From an uncultured Rhodothermaceae bacterium (lineage in GTDB: Bacteria > Bacteroidota > Rhodothermia > Rhodothermales > JAHQVL01): a DNA stretch of 64,000 nt. The translations under genes were made by a program, and so were the position numbers. The stretch lies in NCBI GenBank assembly GCA_964525535.1, contig CAZGHT010000004.1, positions 23,902 through 87,901 of the forward strand. Direction: 5' to 3'. The notes beneath the pieces are model-generated. The model did no database searches. It was not told the origin of the DNA and worked only from the letters and a program-made list of their open reading frames with translations. Numbering within the stretch: the stretch's first letter is position 1; each line of letters starts with the position of its first letter. Positions 44,268 to 54,711 of this stretch are shown here, piece after piece.

Positions 44268-44559
44268 GGCTGAAAGGCGGCTTGTGATTTTACGGTCAAA
44301 TCTTCCCTTTCAAATCGCATTTCTCTCCTTTTGCGACGAGTGCGTATATGCAGACTGAAACATAGCGATATCCGTCTGTGTGTTACTTGTTCTTACGCCC
44401 CTGCGGGTACGATGTGTGCATTTTCGGTCTTTGATTCAATTCTTGCAAAGGCCATGCGTCCCCTTCTGTGCACCATTTACGCACGTTCTCACTGAACCCC
44501 TCTAACAACTTGCATTCAGAGTTTTACTCTGAGATATACGCTTTCTTTTCTCAACGGTT

Positions 44560-47500
44560 ATGTCTTATAAGCAGCACCCCCTTCTGCGCTGCATGGACGA
44601 TGGGGCCCTCTGGCCCGCAGTGCTTTTTCCCATCCGTGTAGTGCTCCTTTTCCTTCTCTTAGTCACGGTACATCCTTTCCGGATCAGTCTGGCCGATGGG
44701 AGCAAAGAACTCAATGCGAGGACGGGATATCGTTCCTATCTTATCCAGGCTTCAGAGGACCAGCTCACGGGCATCCTTCTGTCGAATCGTTTCTACGTGT
44801 ACATGGAGCCGGGAGAAAGGATGCTGCTCGGCTCAAGCGCGATAGGCATCGGGGAAGGCGATATCCGCGTAATAACGCCTGATGGGATAACGAAGACGTG
44901 CCTCGAAGTTTTCGGAGATGCCCGAGAGCCCCTGGCAGGGCGTATCATGAATCTGGATCAGGAGCAGGCAGGGCCTGATCCTAAGTCGGGGGGGTATATT
45001 CCCTGTACGTTCGTCAATGAGTCGCCGGCATCCGGCATCTGGGAGGTCCAGTTTCTCTCCCCGCACCCTGCATCCTGGAAGTCATCCCGGCCGTTGCCGG
45101 CGCAGGTCGACTGGCGCCAGGCATCGGATGTGAATACAATTGCTGCCTGGGATGTTACCGTGCAGGGAGACCGGGGAATGGAGCAAAGCGGCCGTGTTTT
45201 TGCCGAACAGATCCCCCTGCACTTCGGCGAGGAAGCTCCCTCGTTTTCAGCGCTTTTTTACCTTCTCACTGGAGATGGCTACGCGTATGAAGTGGTGCTA
45301 CATAATATACAGACTCATACGTTCATTCTGTTTTCAAACCGGGATGGCTTCCAGGATGCCACAACCCGTCTACCGCTGTACAAATCCGTTCCCCTTGACT
45401 GGTCAAATGTTGCCAATAAGGAGTTGCCCGAAGGGGTAACGCACGAGACCCCCGGGATCTCAATGAATGGAAGCGGGGCAATACATAAAATCTTTTTTTC
45501 ACCGCCGAGCCCCTTGATCGAGGGCCAGATTCCGTTTTCTGGAGGTTTGGCTCGCTTTCGAAGGAGTCCTCGATTACCAGGTAGTGCCACCACCTTTCAT
45601 TTCACAGGCCGGTCTGGAAAGGGAGGGAGTTTTTCCTTCAACGCCGTGTCCGATGGGCGTTACCAGATTATCATCGATCTCAACAACAACGGTATATGGG
45701 GCGATGCCAGCGATCGCATGCTGCATGGCTTTGCCCAATCGGGGATCCATCATGTGGTTTGGGATGGTCTGGATAGCCATGGAAGGGCGGTGCATACCGA
45801 TGAGAATGGGTATCTTGCGCGACTGGTATTCACGGCGGGCGAAATGCATCTGCCCTTTCTGGATGTGGAGCAGAATGCTCGCGGCATCAGCATAACACGG
45901 CTCAATGGTCCCCGCGCTCCGGAATCAAGCGCCTATTATGACGATTCGATCCTCTCGAACGTGGGTGCTCAAACGGGTTCCGTTAAGCGGCTGGGGGGCG
46001 TCAGTAGCCGATCAGGCGCCCATGCGTATCCAGAAGGATTCGGGAATGGCGCCGGGATCGATACCTGGAGTTATGCGGTTTCGGATCCGATCGAATTGGA
46101 ACGTGCTCTGCTTCGTACCGAAAGCGACTTACGCATCTCGTTGTCCAGTGAATCGGACGCGCCGGCCAGGAACGAACCGTTCGACGTGTCCCTGTTCGTT
46201 CACAATGACGGTCCCGATACTTCGTCAGCCGCCCGCGTTAAACTAACCCTACCGGGTTCTTTTCGCCTGCAATCATCGGCAGCATCAACAGGCTATTTCG
46301 ACACGTCGAAATCAGAGTGGATCCTGGAGCGGGTGCCCGTGGGAAAAGACGAACGTCTCGTGCTGACGCTCATTGCCAGTGAAGGAGGGACCCTGCCGAT
46401 TTCGGCTGAAGTGATCGATGTGCTGGGGTACGATCCAGACTCCACTCCCAACAATGCACTCGATCCGGGCTCGTCCTCTCCCGTCGAAGACGACACGGAC
46501 GAAATGTTCTTCTATGTAGATGCGAAGCCTGCGATAGGCATTGCCCAGCGTGTTTCGCAGCCGGTTGGTGCAGCATCAGGCTTTGAAACGGAGGTGGAGA
46601 TCCTGGTCGAAAATCTTGGCAATATCCCCCTGTCTGAGCTCCAACTTCAAGCCCTGTTGCCCGAAGGCCTCCAGGGAACAAGGTATACCGTTTCGGAACC
46701 CGTAGTCCGAGCTCCCTTGCGAGTGAACGCGAATTTCGATGGCAAGGCTGATGCAAACTTGCTTGATCCAGCGAGCACGCTGCATGTTGGTGAAAGGAGT
46801 CTGGTTACATACACGTTGCACGTCGTACCAGAGGAATCGCTGGGGCCGTACCTGTTGTCGGCAAAAGTGCAGGCGCAGGGGCCGGCGGGCCAGTACGTCG
46901 AAGACCTCAGCCATGACGGCAACCGGGTGGATCCCAATGGGAACGGCAGAGCCGACGAACCGGAGGAAAACGATCCAACGGTTCTCACTGTTGATCAAAA
47001 GCCTGCCATTGGGGCGGCACTCGAGGTGATCGAATTGCAAGGGGATCCGACAGCCTTTTCTGCCATTTTTCGGCTAAACATCGAAAATCTGGGAGACGTA
47101 TTCCTCGATTCGATCCAGGTCGAATTGAACCTGGCCAACGTGTTGGGAGCGGATCGATTTTCCATCTCTGATGTGAGGTCGGATCGCTCGCTGTCCTTAA
47201 ATGACGAGTACGACGGCGTTCAGCATACCAGGTTGTTGGAGCCGGTCGAAAGTGAACTGGCCGCAGGTCAGCACGCCACCATCACGTTCCAGATAACGGC
47301 CAGGCCTGCCGTTGCATCGAATCAGTATGCGTTTCAAGCACGGGCGACTGCACTGGGACCCAATCGAGTTTCTGTTGCGGATTACTCGGATCGAGGTCGA
47401 CATTCGGATTCCGATGGAAATCGCTTCGCAGGGGATCCCGGAGAGGGAGATCCCTCGATCGTTAGCTTTGACGAAGTCCCGGCTGTAGGCGCCTCATTGA

Positions 47501-50500
47501 GGGCACGTCGAGTTTCGGGCGACCTGAGCGGATTTACCGTACACTACGAACTCCAAATAACAAATATCGGGAAAGTCACTCTGTACGACATCCAGGCCCT
47601 GCAAGACCTGGAGAGACCTTTCGCTGGCACTCGCTTCACCGTCTACGATCTGTCCTCCCAGTTTACGGTGAGGGTGAACGACGGGTTCGACGGCGTCGTA
47701 CAGAAGGGTCTCATTGACGAAATCAACATACCGCTTGTGCCCGGAGCGTCGATACAGGTTTCTTATTCCGTAGACGTCCACCCAGAGACCCAGTTCGGCC
47801 CGTTTGAGAATTCGGTTTTTGTTACGGCGAAAAGCTTCGATGGCCGTGAGACGTCGGACGTGACGGATGGACAGGGACCCATCGACGAAAATGGGAACGG
47901 AATAGCCGATGAGCCTGGAGAGAATGATCCACATCGCATTCAGTTTGCCCCCGAGTCGGGACTCGGATCGGCCCTGTTCATCAACGAGGTAAAAGGAGAC
48001 TTTCGGGATTTTGTAGTGGATTACACGTTCGTTCTAGAGAACATGAGCGACGTCAAGCTTACCTCCGTTGATATCACACAACGGCTGGATACCACATTTA
48101 CGGGTTCTAGAGTACGGGTCCTGGAGGTTCTTGCCGAGCGGCCTCTTCAGGAGAATCCCCTGTTTGACGGTATAGAATATGCGCAACTGCTGGCAGCTGA
48201 TTCAAGCAGTTTGTCCCCGGGCGAAAAAGCAGCGGTGAAAGTCAAGGTCCAGGTTACACCCGAAACGTATTTCGGCGCCTTTTATCTAGGCGCTGCGGCC
48301 TCTGGGGTGACTCCTTTTGGAACACGTTCCCACGACGTCACAGACTCAGGTATTTCGGTCGATCCAAACGGAAATGGGATCACCGACGAGGTCGGAGAAA
48401 ACGATCCTGCTGTATTATCGTTACACGAAAAACCGGTCATCGGGTCTTCTATGACGGCTCGTGTGTTAGAAGAGGACGATGCAGGCTTTCTGGTCAGGCA
48501 CGTGGTTCGAGTAGGAAACCTGGGCGATGTGCCGCTGGGTGACGTTCAGGTAGAGATGGACCTGGCTGAATGGTACGAAGGTGCCGATGTGGATGTGCTA
48601 CGAACGTTCGTGAGAGGCGCCGTGGTTGCAAACGCCTCTTTCGACGGCCGGGGTCAAATTCAGGTGCTCGATGCTGGAAACAGTCGCCTGGAGCGGAGCG
48701 ATACCGCGAGGATCGAGGTGTACGCCCACGTAAAACCCGGCTCCAACTTTGGGCCGTACCAGAGCCTGGCACGGGCTTCGGCCTCAGGACCTGGAGGTCT
48801 GAGATCTGTGGATTTATCTGATCGGGGTACCGTGATCGATGCCAATCGCAACGGAACCGCAAACGAAGAGGTCGAGAATGTACCCACCTATCTCAATCCT
48901 CTGGTAAATGCTTCGGTGGGTAGTTCCAGAGTAGTCAGCGAAGCGACCCGACGAGGACCGGGGGAGTATGCCGTTACATTCAACCTCGCAGTTCAAAACG
49001 TAGGCGATGTGCCTTTGAGAGAAGTGCGCATTATCGAGGACCTGAAGTCCCTGTACGAGGGCTCGAGCGCGAGCGTCCACGCCGTGTCGATCCGAGGAGA
49101 ATCGGCATACAAAATCAACCCTGACTTCGATGGCGTCTCCGACACAAACCTGATTCTACCAGACACCGTGCTCCTTTATCCCGGTGAGCGTATCGAAGTA
49201 GAGCTCGAAGAACGGATAACACCCGCAGAAGGTGTTGAATTTCTAGAGACCTTTTCTCGGGTAACAGCCGTAGATCCACATGGGAATACAGTCCAGGATG
49301 TTTCGATCGATGGTTTCGAGCCGGACCCGAATGGGAATGGAAATGCCTCCGACGAAGGTGAGGACGTTATGACGCGCATCGAACTGGTGCAGCAGGCAAA
49401 GCTGGGGCTCGAAACTCGTATGGTAGAAGTTTCCGGCGATACGACGTCTTTTCGAGTAGGGCTGCGAGCCTATGTGTCGAATCACAGCCCCGTTGAGCTG
49501 GACAATGTTGAACTCGAACTGGATTTGTCGGAGGCCTTCCCGGTATCGAGTGTGGATGTGAAAGAGATAACTATATCGGGTACGCCATCGTTGAAGGTTC
49601 ATCCTGAATACGACGGGAAAACGACAACAAATTTGCTGCATCGGGAGGACAGTCGGCTTGCCCCGGGAGAAGTGGGGACGGTGGCAATTTCATTCGAGGT
49701 GACCCCCGATGCCTGGAATGCGCTTTACGAAGTCGCCATGAGAGCGACGGCGGTGCCCTCGTCGGAGCAGGAAGGAGTGACGAGCCCCGTCGAGATATTG
49801 CCCGTGACGATAAAAACAAGCTCGGGAAATGACGCAGGGTTGGAGTCGAATGGTGATCTGGCCGGCCTCCTCGCGGAACGCATGTACCGACGACAGCGCC
49901 GTCGCGTCGATCATTCGATCAACCAAACAGGCGCTCTACACCTGGAGACGTTGAGGGCATCCGGGCCAGCGAGCATGCTTGGTACCGGTGGACCGAGAGC
50001 GGACGATCTTCTCCATCTGATCCCTGAAGTCGGTCCTGACCGGTCAGAGGCCATCGTGGTGACCCCTGGCGATTTGTTTGGTGTCACCAATGCCACCAAC
50101 GTTGTTGCCGTCGATTACGTCAGTCGCCAAAGCCGCCTGGCCGGTATATTTGCTACCACAACGCCGGCCGGTGAGACCTACGAACATACCAAAACTGTGT
50201 GCGATCGGCTGAAAGGTGCAAGCTTGAAAGGGGTCAATCTCGTCTCGATAAAAGGCCATCCTTTTGTCATGTCTATTCTGGTTAATCAGGATGGGGAGGT
50301 GGATTATGCGATCAGCTTCATCAATTATCGAAAGGGCAATAGTCATCTGATCGACAGCCGTTTTGTGCGCGATCAGTACAAGCCAGAGCGGGTGACGACC
50401 GAAGAGATTATCAATGTTCAGGTCTGGTCCTTCCATCCCGAACATACGATTTGGCTCGTAGAGCGCATGCTCGAGCAGATGAGTGAACTCGGAAACGTGG

Positions 50501-51579
50501 CCTTTGTGAGCCGCGAAGGAGATATCCCGAAGGCCCCCTCGTCCTTTGTGTCGACCGGTGCGTACCATAGTGGGGAGCTCAATATCACGATCAAAAGGGT
50601 TCCAGGGGGAGGCGCCTATCGATTGTCCGGCGAGCTTTCTCGCACGGAAGGCGGTGCCAGGGATCCTTTCGAATTTACCGCTTCGCACGGTCCATCTGAG
50701 GGAGAGTCCTTCTTTGTGCCGGTTTCAATTAATACAGGGGCGCTGTACGATGCTACCCTTTTCCTGACTAATGAGGCGAATGAAATCGTGGATCAGGTAT
50801 ACATCGCTGACGGGGGTTGGGGGCATATCCTGGAGGACAGCGAGGAGACGTCCATAGAAATATACGAAATCCTGGCTCAACCTGATTATGACCCCAGCGA
50901 GACGCAGTATGTCGTAGAAAGGGGGGTTCATTTCAAGGGTACTTTGAGAGACAGTGTACTCTTCTTCAGACATTTCAAGCCCGGCGGGACGCCTGTTGAC
51001 TTGAGCCCCTACGATTATGTGACATTTGCAGCAGCAGGCAGAGGGAAAGGAAAAATGCGACTCGAGACCGAAGACGGAAAAGTCTTTGAAGAGGACCTTG
51101 AGCTGAACTCGACCTCGACCGCCTACAATGTCTCGTTCGAGGAGCTGTCGAAGAAGTACGAAGGCAGGTCGTTCAACAGCAATGCGCTGACATCCATCAG
51201 TTTTGTAATGACTTCACCAGGGGAGAATGACAGGCAGGTAGAACTGCGCGTGGAGGGGATTACTTTTGAGCAAGGGCAACCCGTATCGGCCGAGAAGCCT
51301 CACCCCTCTATCCCAGAACGATACTTTCTAGATCAGAACTATCCGAATCCGTTTAATCCTCTGACGAACATCCGATTCGGCCTGCCGGAAATGTCGGCGG
51401 TGAAGCTGGAGCTGTTCGACCTGTTGGGGCGAAAAGTCTGGACGATGGCCGATCAGGTGTATCCTCCAGGAATACATGTTATCCCGTTGGAGGCCGGCCA
51501 TCTGGCCAGCGGAGTATACGTGTACAGGATGAAAACAAAGGATCAAGTGTTTACGAAGACTCTACAGCTTCTGAAATAA
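44560..51579 (+). CDS. giant T9SS-secreted surface protein with DUF11-like / Ig-like tandem domains
   Basis: 2339-aa uninterrupted ORF. N-terminal hydrophobic segment. One canonical DUF11-like domain (LRISLSSE...VSLFVHNDGPD...). Seven tandem ~159-aa domains separated by D-x-NGNG-x-x-DE-x-x-ENDP linkers. C-terminal QNYPNPFNPLTNIRFGLP...LELFDLLGRKV...GVYVYRM (T9SS CTD). Confidence 0.88.
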   Translation: MSYKQHPLLRCMDDGALWPAVLFPIRVVLLFLLLVTVHPFRISLADGSKELNARTGYRSYLIQASEDQLTGILLSNRFYVYMEPGERMLLGSSAIGIGEGDIRVITPDGITKTCLEVFGDAREPLAGRIMNLDQEQAGPDPKSGGYIPCTFVNESPASGIWEVQFLSPHPASWKSSRPLPAQVDWRQASDVNTIAAWDVTVQGDRGMEQSGRVFAEQIPLHFGEEAPSFSALFYLLTGDGYAYEVVLHNIQTHTFILFSNRDGFQDATTRLPLYKSVPLDWSNVANKELPEGVTHETPGISMNGSGAIHKIFFSPPSPLIEGQIPFSGGLARFRRSPRLPGSATTFHFTGRSGKGGSFSFNAVSDGRYQIIIDLNNNGIWGDASDRMLHGFAQSGIHHVVWDGLDSHGRAVHTDENGYLARLVFTAGEMHLPFLDVEQNARGISITRLNGPRAPESSAYYDDSILSNVGAQTGSVKRLGGVSSRSGAHAYPEGFGNGAGIDTWSYAVSDPIELERALLRTESDLRISLSSESDAPARNEPFDVSLFVHNDGPDTSSAARVKLTLPGSFRLQSSAASTGYFDTSKSEWILERVPVGKDERLVLTLIASEGGTLPISAEVIDVLGYDPDSTPNNALDPGSSSPVEDDTDEMFFYVDAKPAIGIAQRVSQPVGAASGFETEVEILVENLGNIPLSELQLQALLPEGLQGTRYTVSEPVVRAPLRVNANFDGKADANLLDPASTLHVGERSLVTYTLHVVPEESLGPYLLSAKVQAQGPAGQYVEDLSHDGNRVDPNGNGRADEPEENDPTVLTVDQKPAIGAALEVIELQGDPTAFSAIFRLNIENLGDVFLDSIQVELNLANVLGADRFSISDVRSDRSLSLNDEYDGVQHTRLLEPVESELAAGQHATITFQITARPAVASNQYAFQARATALGPNRVSVADYSDRGRHSDSDGNRFAGDPGEGDPSIVSFDEVPAVGASLRARRVSGDLSGFTVHYELQITNIGKVTLYDIQALQDLERPFAGTRFTVYDLSSQFTVRVNDGFDGVVQKGLIDEINIPLVPGASIQVSYSVDVHPETQFGPFENSVFVTAKSFDGRETSDVTDGQGPIDENGNGIADEPGENDPHRIQFAPESGLGSALFINEVKGDFRDFVVDYTFVLENMSDVKLTSVDITQRLDTTFTGSRVRVLEVLAERPLQENPLFDGIEYAQLLAADSSSLSPGEKAAVKVKVQVTPETYFGAFYLGAAASGVTPFGTRSHDVTDSGISVDPNGNGITDEVGENDPAVLSLHEKPVIGSSMTARVLEEDDAGFLVRHVVRVGNLGDVPLGDVQVEMDLAEWYEGADVDVLRTFVRGAVVANASFDGRGQIQVLDAGNSRLERSDTARIEVYAHVKPGSNFGPYQSLARASASGPGGLRSVDLSDRGTVIDANRNGTANEEVENVPTYLNPLVNASVGSSRVVSEATRRGPGEYAVTFNLAVQNVGDVPLREVRIIEDLKSLYEGSSASVHAVSIRGESAYKINPDFDGVSDTNLILPDTVLLYPGERIEVELEERITPAEGVEFLETFSRVTAVDPHGNTVQDVSIDGFEPDPNGNGNASDEGEDVMTRIELVQQAKLGLETRMVEVSGDTTSFRVGLRAYVSNHSPVELDNVELELDLSEAFPVSSVDVKEITISGTPSLKVHPEYDGKTTTNLLHREDSRLAPGEVGTVAISFEVTPDAWNALYEVAMRATAVPSSEQEGVTSPVEILPVTIKTSSGNDAGLESNGDLAGLLAERMYRRQRRRVDHSINQTGALHLETLRASGPASMLGTGGPRADDLLHLIPEVGPDRSEAIVVTPGDLFGVTNATNVVAVDYVSRQSRLAGIFATTTPAGETYEHTKTVCDRLKGASLKGVNLVSIKGHPFVMSILVNQDGEVDYAISFINYRKGNSHLIDSRFVRDQYKPERVTTEEIINVQVWSFHPEHTIWLVERMLEQMSELGNVAFVSREGDIPKAPSSFVSTGAYHSGELNITIKRVPGGGAYRLSGELSRTEGGARDPFEFTASHGPSEGESFFVPVSINTGALYDATLFLTNEANEIVDQVYIADGGWGHILEDSEETSIEIYEILAQPDYDPSETQYVVERGVHFKGTLRDSVLFFRHFKPGGTPVDLSPYDYVTFAAAGRGKGKMRLETEDGKVFEEDLELNSTSTAYNVSFEELSKKYEGRSFNSNALTSISFVMTSPGENDRQVELRVEGITFEQGQPVSAEKPHPSIPERYFLDQNYPNPFNPLTNIRFGLPEMSAVKLELFDLLGRKVWTMADQVYPPGIHVIPLEAGHLASGVYVYRMKTKDQVFTKTLQLLK
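46525..49815 (+). repeat. seven tandem intragenic domain repeats (period 474-486 nt, four consecutive periods exactly 477 nt)
   Basis: Unit starts anchored on the (K/V/E)P(A/V)(I/V)G motif at 46525, 46999, 47476, 47953, 48430, 48907 and 49393. The end of the last unit is approximate. Confidence 0.8.
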
Positions 51580-52468
51580 GCTTATACAGTTTGCCGGGTA
51601 ATTCTCGGCCCAGGTGTTTGGAGACGGCGTCTGTGGCGACAGAAAGTTTGACGGGGTCAATGCCGGTCTCGATACCGAGAGCATTCATCAGGTACACCGT
51701 ATCCTCGGTAGCGATGTTGCCCGTAGCCCCTGGGATGAATGGACATCCTCCCAATCCACCGAAGGAAGTGTCAAAGTGAGTGATGCCATGGGCCAGTGCG
51801 GCGTACACGTTGGTCAAGCCCAGGCCTCTCGTGTCGTGAAAGTGCATTACGAGGGGAACAGGGTGCAACATGTCCTTAATGGCTGGAAGCAATCGGTCGA
51901 TGAGTTTCGGGTTAGCCATGCCGGTTGAGTCGGCAAGCGAGAAAGAGTCGAGGTCTAATCCGGTAAATCGTTCGATCGTGGCCATGAGACGATCGGTTGG
52001 AGTGTCTCCAGGTTCCCGGTAGCCAAATACGCATTGAAGTCCCATCTGCACGTTCATCCCATAAGAATGAGCCAGTTCTATCATTTCTAACGCCTGATCG
52101 ATGGCATCTTCTCGGGACATATTCGCGTTGTCCCTGCTATGTTTATCGTTGGTGGAGATCGAGAGATCTATATGTTTGATGCCGGCGTTATTGGCTCGCA
52201 CCACACCTCTAACGTTTAACGCGAGAGCGGAAAAGACGACGTCGGTAGGGTTCGGCAGATGAGCGCACAACGTTTCTGCATCCGACATTTGAGGGACCCA
52301 CTTTGGGTGGACGAACGAAGTGACCTGAATGCGCTGCAGTCCGGCAGCAACGAGGCCGTTTAACGTCTTGATTTTTATGTCAGTGGGTATGGAGACGGTT
52401 TCGAATTGAAATCCGTCTCGCATGCCCACCTCTGTTATAGTAACAGCCCTGGGAAATTGTATGCGCAT
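51551..52468 (-). CDS. hydroxymethylglutaryl-CoA lyase (HMGL-like)
   Basis: TEVGMRDGFQ, HFHDTRGLGLTN, GGLGGCPF. The 3' end overlaps the giant gene by 29 nt (convergent). Confidence 0.88.
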   Translation of the reverse strand: MRIQFPRAVTITEVGMRDGFQFETVSIPTDIKIKTLNGLVAAGLQRIQVTSFVHPKWVPQMSDAETLCAHLPNPTDVVFSALALNVRGVVRANNAGIKHIDLSISTNDKHSRDNANMSREDAIDQALEMIELAHSYGMNVQMGLQCVFGYREPGDTPTDRLMATIERFTGLDLDSFSLADSTGMANPKLIDRLLPAIKDMLHPVPLVMHFHDTRGLGLTNVYAALAHGITHFDTSFGGLGGCPFIPGATGNIATEDTVYLMNALGIETGIDPVKLSVATDAVSKHLGRELPGKLYKLISEAVESS

Positions 52469-52503
52469 GAGTCGTTACGTGGTTGAGTGTTGCTTTGACG
52501 AAC

Positions 52504-52602
52504 GGATGTTACGGGCCGGATGTGCATATGCCCTGCCAGAGCGGTTTCACACGTATGCAAAGCCGCGTAAACCAGTTTCTTGAGCCCAGTTCGCGTAACA
52601 TC
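52504..52602. repeat. 98/99-bp copy (subfamily 1, diverged) of the GATGTTACGC-terminated element
   Basis: GGATGTTACGGGCCGGATGTGCATATG...CCAGTTCGCGTAACATC. 82/98 identical to the 62178..62275 copy in the same orientation. The central hairpin is degraded. Lies in the divergent region between 52468(-) and 52684(+). Confidence 0.8.
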
Positions 52603-52683
52603 GCTGACGAAGAGAAAAGACGTGTTTTGTGTTTCCTGTAAAACCCTTATGTTGCCTTTATTGAGGCAAGGTAAATTGCACCC

Positions 52684-54675
52684 ATGATACGAAGCTATAT
52701 TATATTCTGTGCCTTTGTGGCATCTGTTCCCTTTTTGAGCGAACGGGTCGTCACTGCACAGTCGCCCACGATTCAAGACGACCCGCTCAGCAACAGGATC
52801 GTTGCCTATGATATACGAGCGCGATTAGATCCAGACGAAAAAACGGTTCACGGCGCCCAACGCGTCACCTGGCGTAATCCTGATCAGGTGCCTGTCGAGG
52901 AACTGCAGTTTCATCTGTACTTGAATGCATTTCGCAATGAGAACAGTACGTTCATGAAAGAAAGCCGGGGGGCACACCGTGGAAATTCAGCACAGTCTGA
53001 AGATCCGTGGGGCGGCATGGATATCGAGTCGATGCGCATCGTGCACGAAGGGCAATCTGACCGGAGCGCTTTGGGGCAGGCGGGGGAGCAGGAAGGTACG
53101 GACATCACGGAGAGTATCCGTTTTATCCAGCCGGACGATGGAAATACCGAAGATATGACCGTCATTTCGGTCGAACTCCCCGAGCCGGTTGCACCCGGGG
53201 AATCGATCACGCTGGATATCGATTTCACGTCCCGATTGCCTGAAATAGTTGCCAGAACCGGGTGGAAGATAAAATCCAACGACAGCTTGTTCGTGATGGT
53301 CGCCCAGTGGTTTCCCAAGCTGGGAGTATATGAAGTGCCGGGACAGCGATATATCCCCGAGGATGCGCCGAGCGGGCGATGGAGCACGCACCAGTTTCAT
53401 GCAAATAGTGAGTTTTATGCCGATTTTGGGACTTACGAGGTCGACATCTCGGTCCCGGTACATTACAAAGTGGGCGCCAGTGGGATCAGGACAAACGTGG
53501 AGGCAGAGGGCGGGTTCAAAACGGTTACTTACCGGGCAGAAGACGTCCATGATTTTGCCTGGACGGCCAGTCCGGATCTGTTAGAATTCACGGATCAGTG
53601 GGAGCACGTCCAGATCCGACTCCTCATTCAGCCTGAACACGAGGGGCAGGTCCAGCGTCATTTCGAAGCAGCGAAAGTAAGCCTGGCATATTTCGATGAG
53701 TGGGTGGGTAGGTATCCGTATACGACGCTGACGTTGGTCGATGGGATAGGGGGAAGCAACGGGATGGAGTACCCAACGCTGATCACGTGCGGCACCATTT
53801 ACATGATGCCCTCCTGGCTCAGATTTCTGGAGCTCGTAACCATTCACGAATTCGGGCACCAGTATTTTTATGGGATGCTCGCCAGCAACGAAGCGGAAGA
53901 AGCATGGCTCGACGAGGGGATCAACTCGTACCTCGAAACGAAAATTATGGACGCCGAGTACGGGGAGGGCGGACTTATCGACTTGCCCTGGATAAAAGTC
54001 TCAGATCAGGAATTCCAGCGGGTGAATTACGTAGACAACAACCCGGGCAGCGCTCCGATTTACAACCGATCCTGGGAATATGCATCTTCAACGGAATATG
54101 GCAAAGCGTCGTATTCGAAACCGGCGACCGTGCTCAACACGTTGGAAGCGTATCTCGGTTGGGAGCTCATGCAGGACATCCTGCGCACGTATTACGAGCG
54201 GTGGGCGTTCAAGCATCCGACAACGAGAGATTTCATCGAGGTCGTCGAAGACGTGTCCGGCGAGGATCTCGGATGGTTCTTCGATCAGTATATCTACGGC
54301 ACAGCCACAGTCGATTATGCAGTAGACCGTATAAAAGTAACAGAGCTTGAACAGGAGGGGCTGTTCTCGAACGAGGTTGTCCTCGTGCGTTTAGAAGATG
54401 GTATTATGCCCGTAGACGTACACGTTGAATTTACAGACGGCACCGCGGAGGTGATATCCTGGGCTGGCCAGGAAGAAGCCCGAGTATTCGATTTCGTACG
54501 AGAAACGACCGTAGAAGAAGTAATTATCGATCCCCGGAATGAAGTGCTGCTGGACATCAACATGTTGAATAACCGCAAGCGGGTGGAGCCTGAAACGAAA
54601 TTTGCTCGACACCAGGTGTATAACCTGACGATTGTGTTTCAGCACTTATTGCAGATCGCAGCCGGCTTGTTTTGA
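52684..54675 (+). CDS. M1-family zinc metallopeptidase (aminopeptidase N-like), secreted
   Basis: Signal peptide. HEFGHQYFYG-x18-E (WLDEGINSY) gluzincin motif. Confidence 0.9.
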   Translation: MIRSYIIFCAFVASVPFLSERVVTAQSPTIQDDPLSNRIVAYDIRARLDPDEKTVHGAQRVTWRNPDQVPVEELQFHLYLNAFRNENSTFMKESRGAHRGNSAQSEDPWGGMDIESMRIVHEGQSDRSALGQAGEQEGTDITESIRFIQPDDGNTEDMTVISVELPEPVAPGESITLDIDFTSRLPEIVARTGWKIKSNDSLFVMVAQWFPKLGVYEVPGQRYIPEDAPSGRWSTHQFHANSEFYADFGTYEVDISVPVHYKVGASGIRTNVEAEGGFKTVTYRAEDVHDFAWTASPDLLEFTDQWEHVQIRLLIQPEHEGQVQRHFEAAKVSLAYFDEWVGRYPYTTLTLVDGIGGSNGMEYPTLITCGTIYMMPSWLRFLELVTIHEFGHQYFYGMLASNEAEEAWLDEGINSYLETKIMDAEYGEGGLIDLPWIKVSDQEFQRVNYVDNNPGSAPIYNRSWEYASSTEYGKASYSKPATVLNTLEAYLGWELMQDILRTYYERWAFKHPTTRDFIEVVEDVSGEDLGWFFDQYIYGTATVDYAVDRIKVTELEQEGLFSNEVVLVRLEDGIMPVDVHVEFTDGTAEVISWAGQEEARVFDFVRETTVEEVIIDPRNEVLLDINMLNNRKRVEPETKFARHQVYNLTIVFQHLLQIAAGLF

Positions 54676-54711
54676 GTGCATCGAGTGGGTGTAAAGAGGT
54701 TTAATTAATCG

